A stretch of DNA of 64,000 bases from an uncultured Candidatus Saccharibacteria bacterium (GCA_964456855.1 CAYWCU010000002.1:792-64791), one strand, 5' to 3'; shown: positions 47,895 to 57,683, counted from the stretch's first letter. The notes: generated from the letters alone by a model not told the origin. Numbers and translations are program-made.

Positions 47895-48756
47895 AGGGAG
47901 CAATGCTTGCGCGCGCATTGGGTGGGTGGGGCAAGCGCAATATGATTTGCTTGTGCTATCCGTTGCGTGATAGCACAATCCTTTTTCTTTTTTCTTTCCT
48001 TACAACTCACACAAAACTATAACCGAAGCCACTGAGCGAGCCACGAGAACACCGAGCAGGCATTACGAACGAAGTGAGTAGCCATGCGAGGTGTTTCTCG
48101 TTGGCGAGTGTACTCTCAAGTTACCACAATCGTAGCGCCACAGTTCGCAAAGGAATGGAAAAATGGCGAGTGTGTTGCGTAAGCAACAAAACTTGTTTTA
48201 ACGAGCCATTTTGGAATGACTGTAGCGAACCCGAACGACAAAACCATTTCCTTACCTTTCTTTCTTTTTCGGTGGAGGGGTCTGGGGAGGAGCCGAACAA
48301 CAAATTGAAAGGCTCCCGTTTTGTTCAAAAGGCGTTTAGCCGATTGAATACAAAACGCAGTGCCTGTGGTGAAATTTTGGTTTTGGTCGGGCGGCTCGCC
48401 GAGTGGAGCGAGGCGAGAGTGGCACGGTCGTATTGCAGGAGTTACCACTAAACTCTCCTAGCGGAGAGAGTGGTCAGAATTACCACAGGCTCTCGCCGTG
48501 GAGAGCGTGCCGTCGCAACGGCACGCATTAGACAGCACGCACTCCGCGCGTTCCTCTTTGTTAATACGATTTGTTTTGAAAATAGGTTCGGATTTGGTAA
48601 AATAGAGGCACCAGAACAGAACTCGTCCGCCTTTGGCGGGCTTTTTCTATTCTGGTGTGTTTATTGTACCAATATCAAACTTTCGGATTTTTAACTTTTC
48701 ATGGGTAGGGCGGGCTAAAAACGAAAAAGGAGCTCTTTGCGGAGCTCCTTTTGGTT

Positions 48757-49107
48757 TTACTTTTTTTTGATTATCTCATCAATGCCGTCCTTGCGGACAC
48801 TGATGAGTTCGCGTTCTATTTTAACCATGCGCTCTATTATATCAAGCGCAAGGCAAACCGGGACTTCTTTCGTCAACTTGAACTTGTGGACCATATACAC
48901 CGGACCGACAAGTCTATGAAAGATATAGACTCCCCTTTCCGGAGAATTGTCAGCAAACACGCTGACACTAACTTCCCCCAGTTTCATATCTTTGTTAAGG
49001 AATTCGGGTCTTCCCTGCGCCCGAACCTCTAAAACGTTCTTTCCGAATATTGCATAGAGGATGGCATGCCTGCCTTCCTCTATAGCCTCAAATCCTAATT
49101 CTTCCAT
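48757..49107 (-). CDS. Hypothetical protein
   Basis: 116-aa ORF with GGAGGAG RBS and downstream hairpin AAAAGGAGCTC..GAGCTCCTTTT. Confidence 0.7.
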   Translation of the reverse strand: MEELGFEAIEEGRHAILYAIFGKNVLEVRAQGRPEFLNKDMKLGEVSVSVFADNSPERGVYIFHRLVGPVYMVHKFKLTKEVPVCLALDIIERMVKIERELISVRKDGIDEIIKKK

Positions 49108-49236
49108 CTTTTCTCCTCCCTTTTATTTCGCGCCTTCTTCAACGCGATTTTTAAAATTCAATGCATTGCCTGCCGCTAATATCGCACACTGGCAGATAAA
49201 AATCAAGAAGAATCGCACGGCTTCCATTCCAACCGC

Positions 49237-51063
49237 TTATTCCACGGTTACGGACTTTGCAAGATTTCTCGGCTTATCCACATCCAACCCTTTTAAAACC
49301 GCCATATGATACGCGAACAACTGCAAAGGAATCGCCGCCAAAATTGGGCTGAGCGGCTCAATCGTTTCTGGAACATAAATGACATCGCCCGCCACTGATT
49401 TTATTTTTTCATCTCCTTCCGTGGCGACCGCGATAATCCTCCCGCCCCGACATCTTATCTCCTCCATATTGCTTATGTTTTTTTCGTAAACGGAATCTTT
49501 AAGACAAATAAACATTGTCGGAAAATCATCGTCTATGAGGGCGATGGAGCCGTGTTTCATTTCTCCGGAAGGCATTCCTTCGGCGTGGATGTAAGAAAGT
49601 TCTTTCAGTTTAAGCGCGCCTTCCAGAGCTGTCGCGACATTGTATTTTCTCCCCAAGTAAAGAAAGTTTTTTGCCTTGATATGTTTTTCGGCTATTTTTT
49701 TAATTTCCCCGCTCAATTCCAATATCTTTTTTATTTTTTCCGGGATGAGAAGCAATTCGTTCAGGATGTCTTTCGCCTTCGCGAAGGTCATTTCCCTTTG
49801 CCTGCCGAAATAAACGGACAACAACGCCATTATCGCCGTCTGCGATGTAAAAGCCTTGGTTGAGGCGACCGACATTTCAAGCCCGATACGATTATGGACA
49901 CAGGCGTCAAGTTCGCGCGCTATAGTGGAGCCGAGGACATTGACCACGCCGAGCGTCGTGGCTCCTCTTTTCTTCCCTTCCCTCAGAGCCGCCAGCGTGT
50001 CCGCCGTTTCTCCGGACTGGCTGATTGCCAACAGAAGGGTGTCTTTGCCGATAACGGGAGTTCGGTAACGGAATTCCGAGGCGTAATCCACCTTGCTTGG
50101 AACACCCGCCATTTCCTCAAACATATATTCTCCGACCAATCCGGCATGCATAGCGGTTCCGCAAGCGACAATGGCAATTTCGCGCGCGGAGCGCGCCGTT
50201 TCAGTAAAAGCGTCAAATTCTTCAAAAATAGCTTCCCCTTTCTCCGAATCTATGCGACCCCTAACGCTGTTTAAAATTGCCTCAGGCTGTTCAAAAATTT
50301 CTTTGAGCATAAAATGAGGAAATCCTTTCTTTTCCGCCTCGCCCGAATCCCAATCTATTTTCCGTGGCTCTTTGGATATCTCAGCACCGAGAACATCAAG
50401 AATCTTCAAGCCGTTCTTCCTTATTTCCACAACCTCCCCGTCGTCAAGATAAATAACTTCCCTCGCCCGGGAGATTATGGCGGAAATATCCGAGGCGATT
50501 ATCGTTTCTCCGTCCCCCAGTCCGATGACAAGCGGACTGCCCATTTTCGCCGCCATAATTTTTTCCGGAAAATCTTCATGGATAAAAACAATGGCATAGG
50601 CCCCTTTGAGCATTTTTAACGCTTTCCGCATGGCAATGAACGGATTGGCTTCATGGGTGTCTTCAATCAAATGAGCAATCACTTCCGTGTCCGTTTGGGA
50701 CTTAAAAATATGCCCTTTCGCCTCCAGTTCTTCTTTTAATCTTTTGTAGTTTTCAATAATGCCATTATGCGCCAGCCAAATTTTTCCAGAACAATCGGAA
50801 TGAGGATGAGCGTTAATCTCGTTTGCCTCCCCGTGAGTCGCCCAACGGGTGTGCGCTATTCCCAAATCAGCCCTCCTTTCTTTGCCACCCAATTTTTTTT
50901 CCAGATTGGCTATTTTCCCGACCGCCTTCACGCATTCAATTCCGCCGGTCAAACGCAAAGCCACTCCAGAAGAATCATATCCTCGGTATTCCAAACGCTT
51001 AAGCCCGTCAATCAAGGCGGGCAATGCGTCATTTTTTCCCAAATATCCGACTATTCCGCACAT
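49237..51063 (-). CDS. glmS: Glutamine-fructose-6-phosphate transaminase
   Basis: MCGIVGY, LEYRGYDS, HTRWATHG, SQSGETAD, PRNLAKSVTVE. Confidence 0.98.
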   Translation of the reverse strand: MCGIVGYLGKNDALPALIDGLKRLEYRGYDSSGVALRLTGGIECVKAVGKIANLEKKLGGKERRADLGIAHTRWATHGEANEINAHPHSDCSGKIWLAHNGIIENYKRLKEELEAKGHIFKSQTDTEVIAHLIEDTHEANPFIAMRKALKMLKGAYAIVFIHEDFPEKIMAAKMGSPLVIGLGDGETIIASDISAIISRAREVIYLDDGEVVEIRKNGLKILDVLGAEISKEPRKIDWDSGEAEKKGFPHFMLKEIFEQPEAILNSVRGRIDSEKGEAIFEEFDAFTETARSAREIAIVACGTAMHAGLVGEYMFEEMAGVPSKVDYASEFRYRTPVIGKDTLLLAISQSGETADTLAALREGKKRGATTLGVVNVLGSTIARELDACVHNRIGLEMSVASTKAFTSQTAIMALLSVYFGRQREMTFAKAKDILNELLLIPEKIKKILELSGEIKKIAEKHIKAKNFLYLGRKYNVATALEGALKLKELSYIHAEGMPSGEMKHGSIALIDDDFPTMFICLKDSVYEKNISNMEEIRCRGGRIIAVATEGDEKIKSVAGDVIYVPETIEPLSPILAAIPLQLFAYHMAVLKGLDVDKPRNLAKSVTVE

Positions 51064-51286
51064 AAGCGATAATTTAAACAATGCTCTGTTGTCTTCAGAT
51101 TAACACTTTAGCAAGCTTCGGGCAATAAAGAATTTCAGAGCTCGTCCTTATTATTTTTGTGAATGCATAAGTTCACTAACATATGGCACTCTTCTAAAAA
51201 GAAGAGAAATGAAGAAATAAAGGGGACCTGTTATTCGGTCTCCTTTTTAAATTGCTCAAAAAAGCGAAATAGTATAAAATAGGGAT

Positions 51287-52237
51287 ATGCTTATCGCAAA
51301 TGAAAAAGAAATGGAAGAGTTTCTGAGCAAGCTCAAATCAGAGTTTAAGTTTTATGATGAAAAAAACGAGGCTCCGCGAGGAGGAATGAATTTTAAAAGA
51401 CATTTTTTCCCGGCCAGACAAGAAACTTTCTCAAAAACGGAAGCGGGCGGAATTGTAACCCCCGAGGCTCCCGAAGAATTTATTGTTTTCGGCTTAAATC
51501 TTCCCGACCTTGAGGCACTCACCTATTTTGACGAGATAATGAAAAACCCAAACGAAGATTTTTATTATCTCAGAAACAGAGAGCGGTCAATTGTTATCGG
51601 GTTAATTCAAGAGGAGATTGACGCGCAACCGGGAGGAGATATTATTTTTCAAGATATCGGTGGCGGACGATATAAGGTTTGGCAAAATACGGACAAAGGG
51701 AAAGATTTGATTAAAAAACACAAAAAGTTTTTTGAAGAAGTTGAGGACGATAACAAGAAAAACGCCCCGCAAATCCCGGAAAACAAATCACTGGGTGAGT
51801 GGTCGCAGTCAATGCGCGCGCTACTTGTTGACCCAGAGCTTTTGGCGAAAGCGGTGGAATGGTCGCATGACCATCCGATTTGGGATGAACTTGGAAAAAG
51901 GTGCTTGGGATGCGGGATTTGCACCTATGTCTGCCCCATCTGCTATTGCTTCTCAATTGAAGACAGTGTCGGGCTGGACGGCAGTTGCAAGCGATGCAGA
52001 AAGTGGGACGCGTGCACGCTTCCCGAGTTCGCGAAAATCACCGGGGGACACAGTTTCCGCCCGACGATAAAGGAGAGATATTATAACTGGTTTTACCATA
52101 AGTTTGTCAGGGCGTATAATGAATATGGGAGATCGCAATGTGTGGGGTGCGGTCGGTGCAAAAAATTCTGCCCGGCAAGTATTGATATTTACGAGGTGTT
52201 GTCTGTAATTTTAAAAGATTATAAGAATAGTCGGTAG
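51287..52237 (+). CDS. hydB: Group 3b [NiFe]-hydrogenase/sulfhydrogenase beta (4Fe-4S dicluster) subunit
   Basis: CLGCGICTYVCPICYCF, WDAC, HKF, CVGCGRCKKFCP. Confidence 0.85.
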   Translation: MLIANEKEMEEFLSKLKSEFKFYDEKNEAPRGGMNFKRHFFPARQETFSKTEAGGIVTPEAPEEFIVFGLNLPDLEALTYFDEIMKNPNEDFYYLRNRERSIVIGLIQEEIDAQPGGDIIFQDIGGGRYKVWQNTDKGKDLIKKHKKFFEEVEDDNKKNAPQIPENKSLGEWSQSMRALLVDPELLAKAVEWSHDHPIWDELGKRCLGCGICTYVCPICYCFSIEDSVGLDGSCKRCRKWDACTLPEFAKITGGHSFRPTIKERYYNWFYHKFVRAYNEYGRSQCVGCGRCKKFCPASIDIYEVLSVILKDYKNSR

Positions 52238-52268
52238 CCGGTATGTCGGTGGCCAAACAAAAAAACAG

Positions 52269-52934
52269 ATGAGTTTTGAAAAAACCGAATTTGAATCCAA
52301 GCCAAAGATTGAGATTGAGGAAAGTTTCCGCGAATTCCTCCCCGAGGAATTCGCGAACGACCCAATGGGTTATTTTGAAAAAGAAGGCGAGAAAATAAAA
52401 AAAGGGGAAATAAAGTATGCGGAAGAAGGCAGAATCCGAGAAGATCCGACATGCGTAAAAGATCTACCCACATGGACGGGCAAAAAGGGATCCGAATTAC
52501 GCGCGGTGGGGAAAAAAGTGAACATAATAAAAGGACAAGTGGGCAGAACAGGCAATCCTTTCCATGAATACGAGGTGATGAAGATTGTTGACGAGTTGGG
52601 CTTGCCTTGCGCGAGACCGATATTAAAAGCGAAGCAAGGAGAAAATTACTTGATTATAACGGAAAAAATCCCGGGCACGCGTTGGACGGAAAGAGACCTT
52701 TTGAAATTAAAATCAGAATTGAAGCAAGAGGGTTATTCAGATGAAGACATTGAAGACTTAAAGGAGCAGGCCGAAAAACAAATGGAAGAAATGAAGAAAA
52801 AATTTGCCGAGATGGGAATCATGCGCAAATGGAAACTGAATGACATGGTTTTTGACATAGATATTAAGAACAAGAGGATTAGAAAAATAACGCCAACCGA
52901 CTGGGAACGCACCGAAATTATAAAAGACCGATAG
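52269..52934 (+). CDS. Hypothetical protein, weakly kinase-like
   Basis: VGKK, EYEVM..V..LGLP, ITEKIPG, DMVFD, PTDWE. Confidence 0.55.
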   Translation: MSFEKTEFESKPKIEIEESFREFLPEEFANDPMGYFEKEGEKIKKGEIKYAEEGRIREDPTCVKDLPTWTGKKGSELRAVGKKVNIIKGQVGRTGNPFHEYEVMKIVDELGLPCARPILKAKQGENYLIITEKIPGTRWTERDLLKLKSELKQEGYSDEDIEDLKEQAEKQMEEMKKKFAEMGIMRKWKLNDMVFDIDIKNKRIRKITPTDWERTEIIKDR

Positions 52935-52999
52935 AGTCAATGGTAGCTAGCGGGATTAGCTGATAGTGACCAGCTAAATAGCTTGTAGAAAAAAATATT

Positions 53000-53827
53000 A
53001 TGAACAACATTTACGAACCACAATTAGTTAAAATAACAAAGATTGAAGAACAGTCGCCGACCGTGAAGTTGTTTCGGCTGGAAAAAATTGACGGCAAATT
53101 TAAAAAAGACGAAGACGGGCTCGTTTTCCGACCGGGGCAGTTCGTGATGGTCGGACAAATCGGATACGGCGAGTCGCCACTTGGTCCCCTTTCTTCTCCC
53201 TATGAGGATAAATATATTGAAATCGCAGCGCGCAAGGCGGGAACCGTGACGAGTTATCTGCACTCACTGAAGGAGGGTGATGAAATCACTCTTCGCGGAC
53301 CGCTCGGGAACGGATTTCCTCTGGAATTTATGGAGGGCAAGGATGTTGTGTGCGCCACAGGGGGATGCGGAATTCCTCCGATTGCCGCTCTTGTTGAATA
53401 TATGGTTGAAAACAAAGAAAAATTCGGGAGAATTTATGTGCTTTACGGAGCGAAAACTCCCGATGAATTGTTGATGAGAGAGAAAATGAAAGATTGGGAA
53501 AAAGAAGGCGTAAAAATAATTTTAACGATAGACAAACCGAATAAAAACTGGAAGGGTCCCGTCGGTTTTGTAACGGATTTGGTCAAAGAGATAGAAGTTG
53601 ACGAAGTGAACGCGGTCGCCACAATGTGCGGTCCGGGACCGATGGTCGGAGCCTTGGAAAAGGTTTTGCGGCCACTCGGAATTTCCGACAGAAGAATCTT
53701 CGTCAGTATGGAAAGAAAAATGCAGTGCGGAGTCGGCAAATGCCAGCACTGCACCACCGGCAAAAAATATGTTTGCCTTGACGGTCCGGTGTTTAATTAT
53801 GATGAAATAGAGAATAATAAAGATTAG
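53000..53827 (+). CDS. hydG: Group 3b hydrogenase gamma (FAD/NAD(P)-binding) subunit
   Basis: FRPGQF, RGPLGNGF, GGCGI.P, CGPGPM, ERKMQCGVGKCQHC, CLDGPVF. Confidence 0.88.
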   Translation: MNNIYEPQLVKITKIEEQSPTVKLFRLEKIDGKFKKDEDGLVFRPGQFVMVGQIGYGESPLGPLSSPYEDKYIEIAARKAGTVTSYLHSLKEGDEITLRGPLGNGFPLEFMEGKDVVCATGGCGIPPIAALVEYMVENKEKFGRIYVLYGAKTPDELLMREKMKDWEKEGVKIILTIDKPNKNWKGPVGFVTDLVKEIEVDEVNAVATMCGPGPMVGALEKVLRPLGISDRRIFVSMERKMQCGVGKCQHCTTGKKYVCLDGPVFNYDEIENNKD

Positions 53828-53895
53828 TAATTATGGGTTTCCGCCCAAGGCGGATGCTCATAATTTAACAATTCACCCGCGGTGAATTAAAAATT

Positions 53896-54651
53896 ATGGC
53901 AAAACCAAAAATAGCAATATATGATTTTACGGACTGCGAAGGATGCGAGGTAAAACTCGTTTCTTTGAGGGAGCGACTTTTGGCACTTGAACAAAAGATA
54001 GACATCGTAAACTGGAGATTGGGACAGGAGCATTTTGAACCAGGTCCTTACGACATTACGATTATAGAGGGCACGCCCATTCACAAAAACGAAATCACTT
54101 TATTGAAAGAGTTGCGCGAAAATTCAAAGGTTTTGGTGGCGCTCGGAGCCTGCGCCGCCTTGGCGGGGATCCCCGGCATAATGCCGGAAAAAGACAGGAA
54201 GATTTGGTACGAGAAAATTTATTCTTCGCAATACAAACCGGTGGGAGTGGACGCGGTGCCTCTGTCCGCCTATGTGGATGTTGATTTCGCCATTCACGGA
54301 TGTCCGGTTGACGAGGACGAGGTGGTGAGAGTTTTTGAAGAATTGCTCGCCGGAAAGACGCCAAGTTACCGAGGGTTCTCCGTTTGTTTTGACTGCAAAC
54401 AGGCGGGCAATCCGTGCAGAATAGCGGAAGAAAAAAAGCCGTGTATGGGTCCGATTACCCAAGGAGGATGCAAAGCGATTTGCGTTTCCGGCGGCTCGCC
54501 ATGCTACGGATGCTTCGGAATCCGCGAGGAGGCGAACATTCCCTCGCTTGTAAAAATATTGAAAAAAATCGCGGACAAAGAAACCGTTGAACGATATCTC
54601 ACAATGTTCCACAGCAGAACTCCGGAAATCAAAGAACATTTGAAAAAATAA
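53896..54651 (+). CDS. hydD: Group 3b hydrogenase small (delta) subunit
   Basis: CEGC, IEG, ALGACA..AG, IHGCP, VCFDC, CMGPIT.GGC.A.C, CYGCFG. Confidence 0.88.
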   Translation: MAKPKIAIYDFTDCEGCEVKLVSLRERLLALEQKIDIVNWRLGQEHFEPGPYDITIIEGTPIHKNEITLLKELRENSKVLVALGACAALAGIPGIMPEKDRKIWYEKIYSSQYKPVGVDAVPLSAYVDVDFAIHGCPVDEDEVVRVFEELLAGKTPSYRGFSVCFDCKQAGNPCRIAEEKKPCMGPITQGGCKAICVSGGSPCYGCFGIREEANIPSLVKILKKIADKETVERYLTMFHSRTPEIKEHLKK

Positions 54652-54689
54652 AAAATCTAAAAAATTGTCCCCCCTTGATTAAACCGCCT

Positions 54690-55021
54690 AAAAAGAGTAA
54701 GAATTAAGAGAGGATTCAGCACCCTGACAAATAAATCCCACCAAGTGGAATGAATAGAGGGGGAAAAATTGGTAACAATAAGGAACAAAAAGGCGAAAAG
54801 GATAATCAGAGAAACAGGTTATCTGCATGATTGTATTGTGCAGGGAGACCTTGATTTGTCCGATTTTGATGAAGTGAAAATAGAATATGTAGTAATAAGA
54901 GGAGATTTGAAGGTGCGACAAGCCGGATTGTGTCTTCATTTTTGCGAAATATCGGGGAATCTGCATCTCAAATAGTGCTCAAAAAGAGTAAGAATTAAGA
55001 GAGAATTCAGCACACTGACAA
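54690..55021 (+). repeat. 41-bp direct repeat upstream of two paralogous small ORFs
   Basis: AAAAAGAGTAAGAATTAAGAGAGrATTCAGCACmCTGACAA at 54690-54730 and 54981-55021, 2 mismatches. Confidence 0.85.
54769..54975 (+). CDS. Small hypothetical protein (paralog of 55033-55365)
   Basis: TI....AK..I..TG.L.DC.V.G.L.LSDF shared with neighbour. Confidence 0.65.
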   Translation: MVTIRNKKAKRIIRETGYLHDCIVQGDLDLSDFDEVKIEYVVIRGDLKVRQAGLCLHFCEISGNLHLK

Positions 55022-55032
55022 TTCCATAGGAG

Positions 55033-55365
55033 GTGGAAATGGGAACCATAAACAGCGAGGAAGCAAAAAAGAGGATCTCAAAGACAGGGCGCTTGGCGGA
55101 CTGCTCCGTTAATGGAAATCTGAATCTCTCAGATTTCCATTATATCAAGAAAATTGTCTTAACGGACGTGACTGTCAATGGAAACCTAACGGTCGGGTCA
55201 AAGGGCCTCTATCTTTATTACACAAAGATAGAGGGGGACATATACCTTGAAGAAAAGGAGATGGATTACTTTGAGTCATTTTACTCAAAGTGCAAAATTC
55301 TCTTTTTGGAGGGGGTGCGGGTGAAGAGCCTGCATTTAAAAATGAGAATAAAGAATATAATGTAA
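55033..55365 (+). CDS. Small hypothetical protein with V.G.L repeats (beta-solenoid-like)
   Basis: VNGNL x2, IEGDI; RBS AGGAGG; downstream hairpin 55371-55398. Confidence 0.7.
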   Translation: MEMGTINSEEAKKRISKTGRLADCSVNGNLNLSDFHYIKKIVLTDVTVNGNLTVGSKGLYLYYTKIEGDIYLEEKEMDYFESFYSKCKILFLEGVRVKSLHLKMRIKNIM

Positions 55366-55440
55366 AACAAAAAGTCGGCGCGATTAGCCGACTTTTTTTA
55401 ATCTTATTTATTTTATCCGGTCGCGACAATGCCAACTGTT

Positions 55441-56358
55441 CTATTTTTTCCGTTCCTGAAATTTATACATCGTGACCAGCAACGGAGAGGCGAGAAATAC
55501 CGATGAATAAGTTCCGGCTGCGACTCCTATGATAAGCGCCAATGAAAAGAATTTCGTTGTTTCGCCCCCAAAGAAGAATACCGCCCCCAAGACGAGCAAT
55601 ACTGTCAACGAGGTGTTAATTGAACGAGTGAGCGTTTGGTGAACACTAACACTAACTGTGTCTTCAAAACCGTCGCCTATCTTTCTGTGCAGGTTCTCGC
55701 GAACCCTGTCAAAGACGACAATTGTGTCGTGAACTGAAAAACCTAAAATGGTAAGGAGCGCCGTTACAAACAAAACATCCACCTCCGCTCCAAAATATTT
55801 CCCTAAAATGGCAAACACTCCGAGTGGCAACATTACATCGTGGAAAAGCGCCACAATCGCCATTAAGCCGTATTTGAACGAAGAAACAGGTCTTGAAACA
55901 CTGCGGAAAACAAAGGCGATATAGAGGATAATCATCAAGACCACCAAGGCGATGGCAATCCATGATTTTTGGCGAAGTTCCTTGCCTATGACCGGACCGA
56001 TTGAATCAAAACGAAGTTCCTTCAGTTGGGTTTTTCCCGAGGCTTCGGCTCCGGAGTTCCCGAGACGAAGCGCCACCAAGAGTTTCTGGTGCTCGTCATT
56101 GCTAAGATTTTTTGAACGAATAATCAAACCATTTTCTCCCGTAGGTTGAACAATGGCGTTTTCCAAATTAATATTGGTCAATTCCTGTTTAATTATTGAT
56201 ACATCAGGTCTTGGGCTTTGATACTCAATTTCCACAAGCGAACCGCCGGTAAAATCAATACCCCAATTGAGTCCGAAGTAAAAAACTGAAAATATGCTGG
56301 CGAAAACAAAGATTCCCGAGATAGTGTACCAAATTTTTCTGTGTTTGATGATATTCAT
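55441..56358 (-). CDS. secF: Protein translocase subunit SecF
   Basis: GIDFTGGS, IGPVIGKEL, GFSVHDTIVVFDRVRE, GTYSS. Confidence 0.97.
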   Translation of the reverse strand: MNIIKHRKIWYTISGIFVFASIFSVFYFGLNWGIDFTGGSLVEIEYQSPRPDVSIIKQELTNINLENAIVQPTGENGLIIRSKNLSNDEHQKLLVALRLGNSGAEASGKTQLKELRFDSIGPVIGKELRQKSWIAIALVVLMIILYIAFVFRSVSRPVSSFKYGLMAIVALFHDVMLPLGVFAILGKYFGAEVDVLFVTALLTILGFSVHDTIVVFDRVRENLHRKIGDGFEDTVSVSVHQTLTRSINTSLTVLLVLGAVFFFGGETTKFFSLALIIGVAAGTYSSVFLASPLLVTMYKFQERKK

Positions 56359-56363
56359 TTTTT

Positions 56364-57683
56364 TTAATTTCTAATTCCGCTTCCCATTAAAAATCGGCTG
56401 AATTTGTTATCTCCTTTAATTCCCAATGCCAACAAAAAAGTTCTGGAGATGGTAATCGCGGAAAACATACTGACTAAAACTCCAATTCCCAAAGTGAGCG
56501 CAAATCCTTTAACCATACTTGTTCCCATCCAATAAAGGATAGTGGCGGAAATCAAACTAGAGGCGTTTGAATCGCGTATGGAAAGCCACGCGCGGGAAAA
56601 TCCTTCGGTTATTGCGGCTGAAAAAGATTTTCCTTCCTGACGCTCCTCTTTCATTCGCTCAAAAATAAGGATATTGGCATCAACGGCCATACCGACGGAA
56701 AGAATAAATCCGGCAATTCCGGCGGAAGTAAGAGTAACGGGGATGAGTTTGAATATCGCCAAAACCAATATAGTATAAATCGCCAACGCCAGAACGGAAA
56801 TCAATCCGGGGAGGCGATACCAAAGAATAAGGAATATCGCCACTAAAATAATACCGTAAATTCCCGCCCTAATTCCTTTAAAAAGTATCTTCTCTCCGAG
56901 AGTCGGTCCAACGCTTTGTTGAGAAATAAGGGCGATGGGAACCGGGAGAGCTCCGGAATTTAAACGCTGAACCATAGTCTTGGCTTCTTTCGCCGTAAAC
57001 TGCCCTGTAATTTGAGCTTTTCCCCCCGTAATCTCATCTCTTATTACCGGGGTGGTTATCGGGACGCCGTCCAAAAATATAGCCAGTTTCTTGCCAATGT
57101 TGTTTTTTGTTATCTTGGCAAAAAGTTCCGCTCCTTTTTTATTAAAATCAAGAGTAACATAAGGTTCAAATGTCGTCTGGTTAAAATCAAGACGGGCTTT
57201 GCTTAAAAATCTTCCGGTCAACCCGGTCGGCAAAAAGACTTTATTGATGTCCGATCCTTCGGCAGCTTTAACATTCGGATTTTCCAGACGGAATTCAAGA
57301 AAAGGGGTTTCTCCTATCATTTTAATCGCTTGATTGACATTCGTAACACCCGGCAATTCAATGATAAGCCGCTGTTCCCTCTGCCCCACCGTCTTTAGAA
57401 TTCCCTTTTCCTCAACCTGCACCAAAGGTTCGGCGACACCGAAAAGATTGACGCGTCTTTCAATAACATCCCGCAACCCTTCCATCGCCCCGGAAATTTC
57501 AGCCGGCTTTATGGCGGACACATCGGCTCTGTAAACCAAATGGACTCCTCCCTGAAGGTCAAGTCCGAGTTTAAACGGCTTGGAAAATACTGAATTCGGA
57601 TTAACCGTATGCAAAATATCAAAATAGCCGACAATGATGCCGGTTAAAATAAGAAAAACCGCAATAATCCTGTATTTGGCCAT
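56364..57683 (-). CDS. secD: Protein translocase subunit SecD
   Basis: LGLDLQGG, RRVN.FGVAEP, GALPVP, GMAVDANILIFER. Confidence 0.97.
   Translation of the reverse strand: MAKYRIIAVFLILTGIIVGYFDILHTVNPNSVFSKPFKLGLDLQGGVHLVYRADVSAIKPAEISGAMEGLRDVIERRVNLFGVAEPLVQVEEKGILKTVGQREQRLIIELPGVTNVNQAIKMIGETPFLEFRLENPNVKAAEGSDINKVFLPTGLTGRFLSKARLDFNQTTFEPYVTLDFNKKGAELFAKITKNNIGKKLAIFLDGVPITTPVIRDEITGGKAQITGQFTAKEAKTMVQRLNSGALPVPIALISQQSVGPTLGEKILFKGIRAGIYGIILVAIFLILWYRLPGLISVLALAIYTILVLAIFKLIPVTLTSAGIAGFILSVGMAVDANILIFERMKEERQEGKSFSAAITEGFSRAWLSIRDSNASSLISATILYWMGTSMVKGFALTLGIGVLVSMFSAITISRTFLLALGIKGDNKFSRFLMGSGIRN

Larger units (their letters stand above)
43671..48630. mobile_element. tRNA-Gly-integrated defence island without integrase
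   Basis: 23-bp direct repeat GCACCAGAAyAGAACTCGTCCGC at 43671-43693 and 48608-48630; long inverted repeats 43690-43804 / 48305-48427; AT-rich cargo. Confidence 0.85.

Noticed and set aside
48074-48694. ORFs 48074-48451, 48116-48448, 48121-48303 and 48470-48694
   Set aside because: Overlap the inverted repeat and hairpin tract, atypical composition, no recognisable motifs
51064-51286. glmS ribozyme upstream of glmS
   Set aside because: No recognisable conserved core; region is a short AT-rich divergent promoter
54690-55021. Integron attC cassette array
   Set aside because: Repeat is not palindromic, lacks RYYYAAC/GTTRRRY ends, and no integron integrase is present
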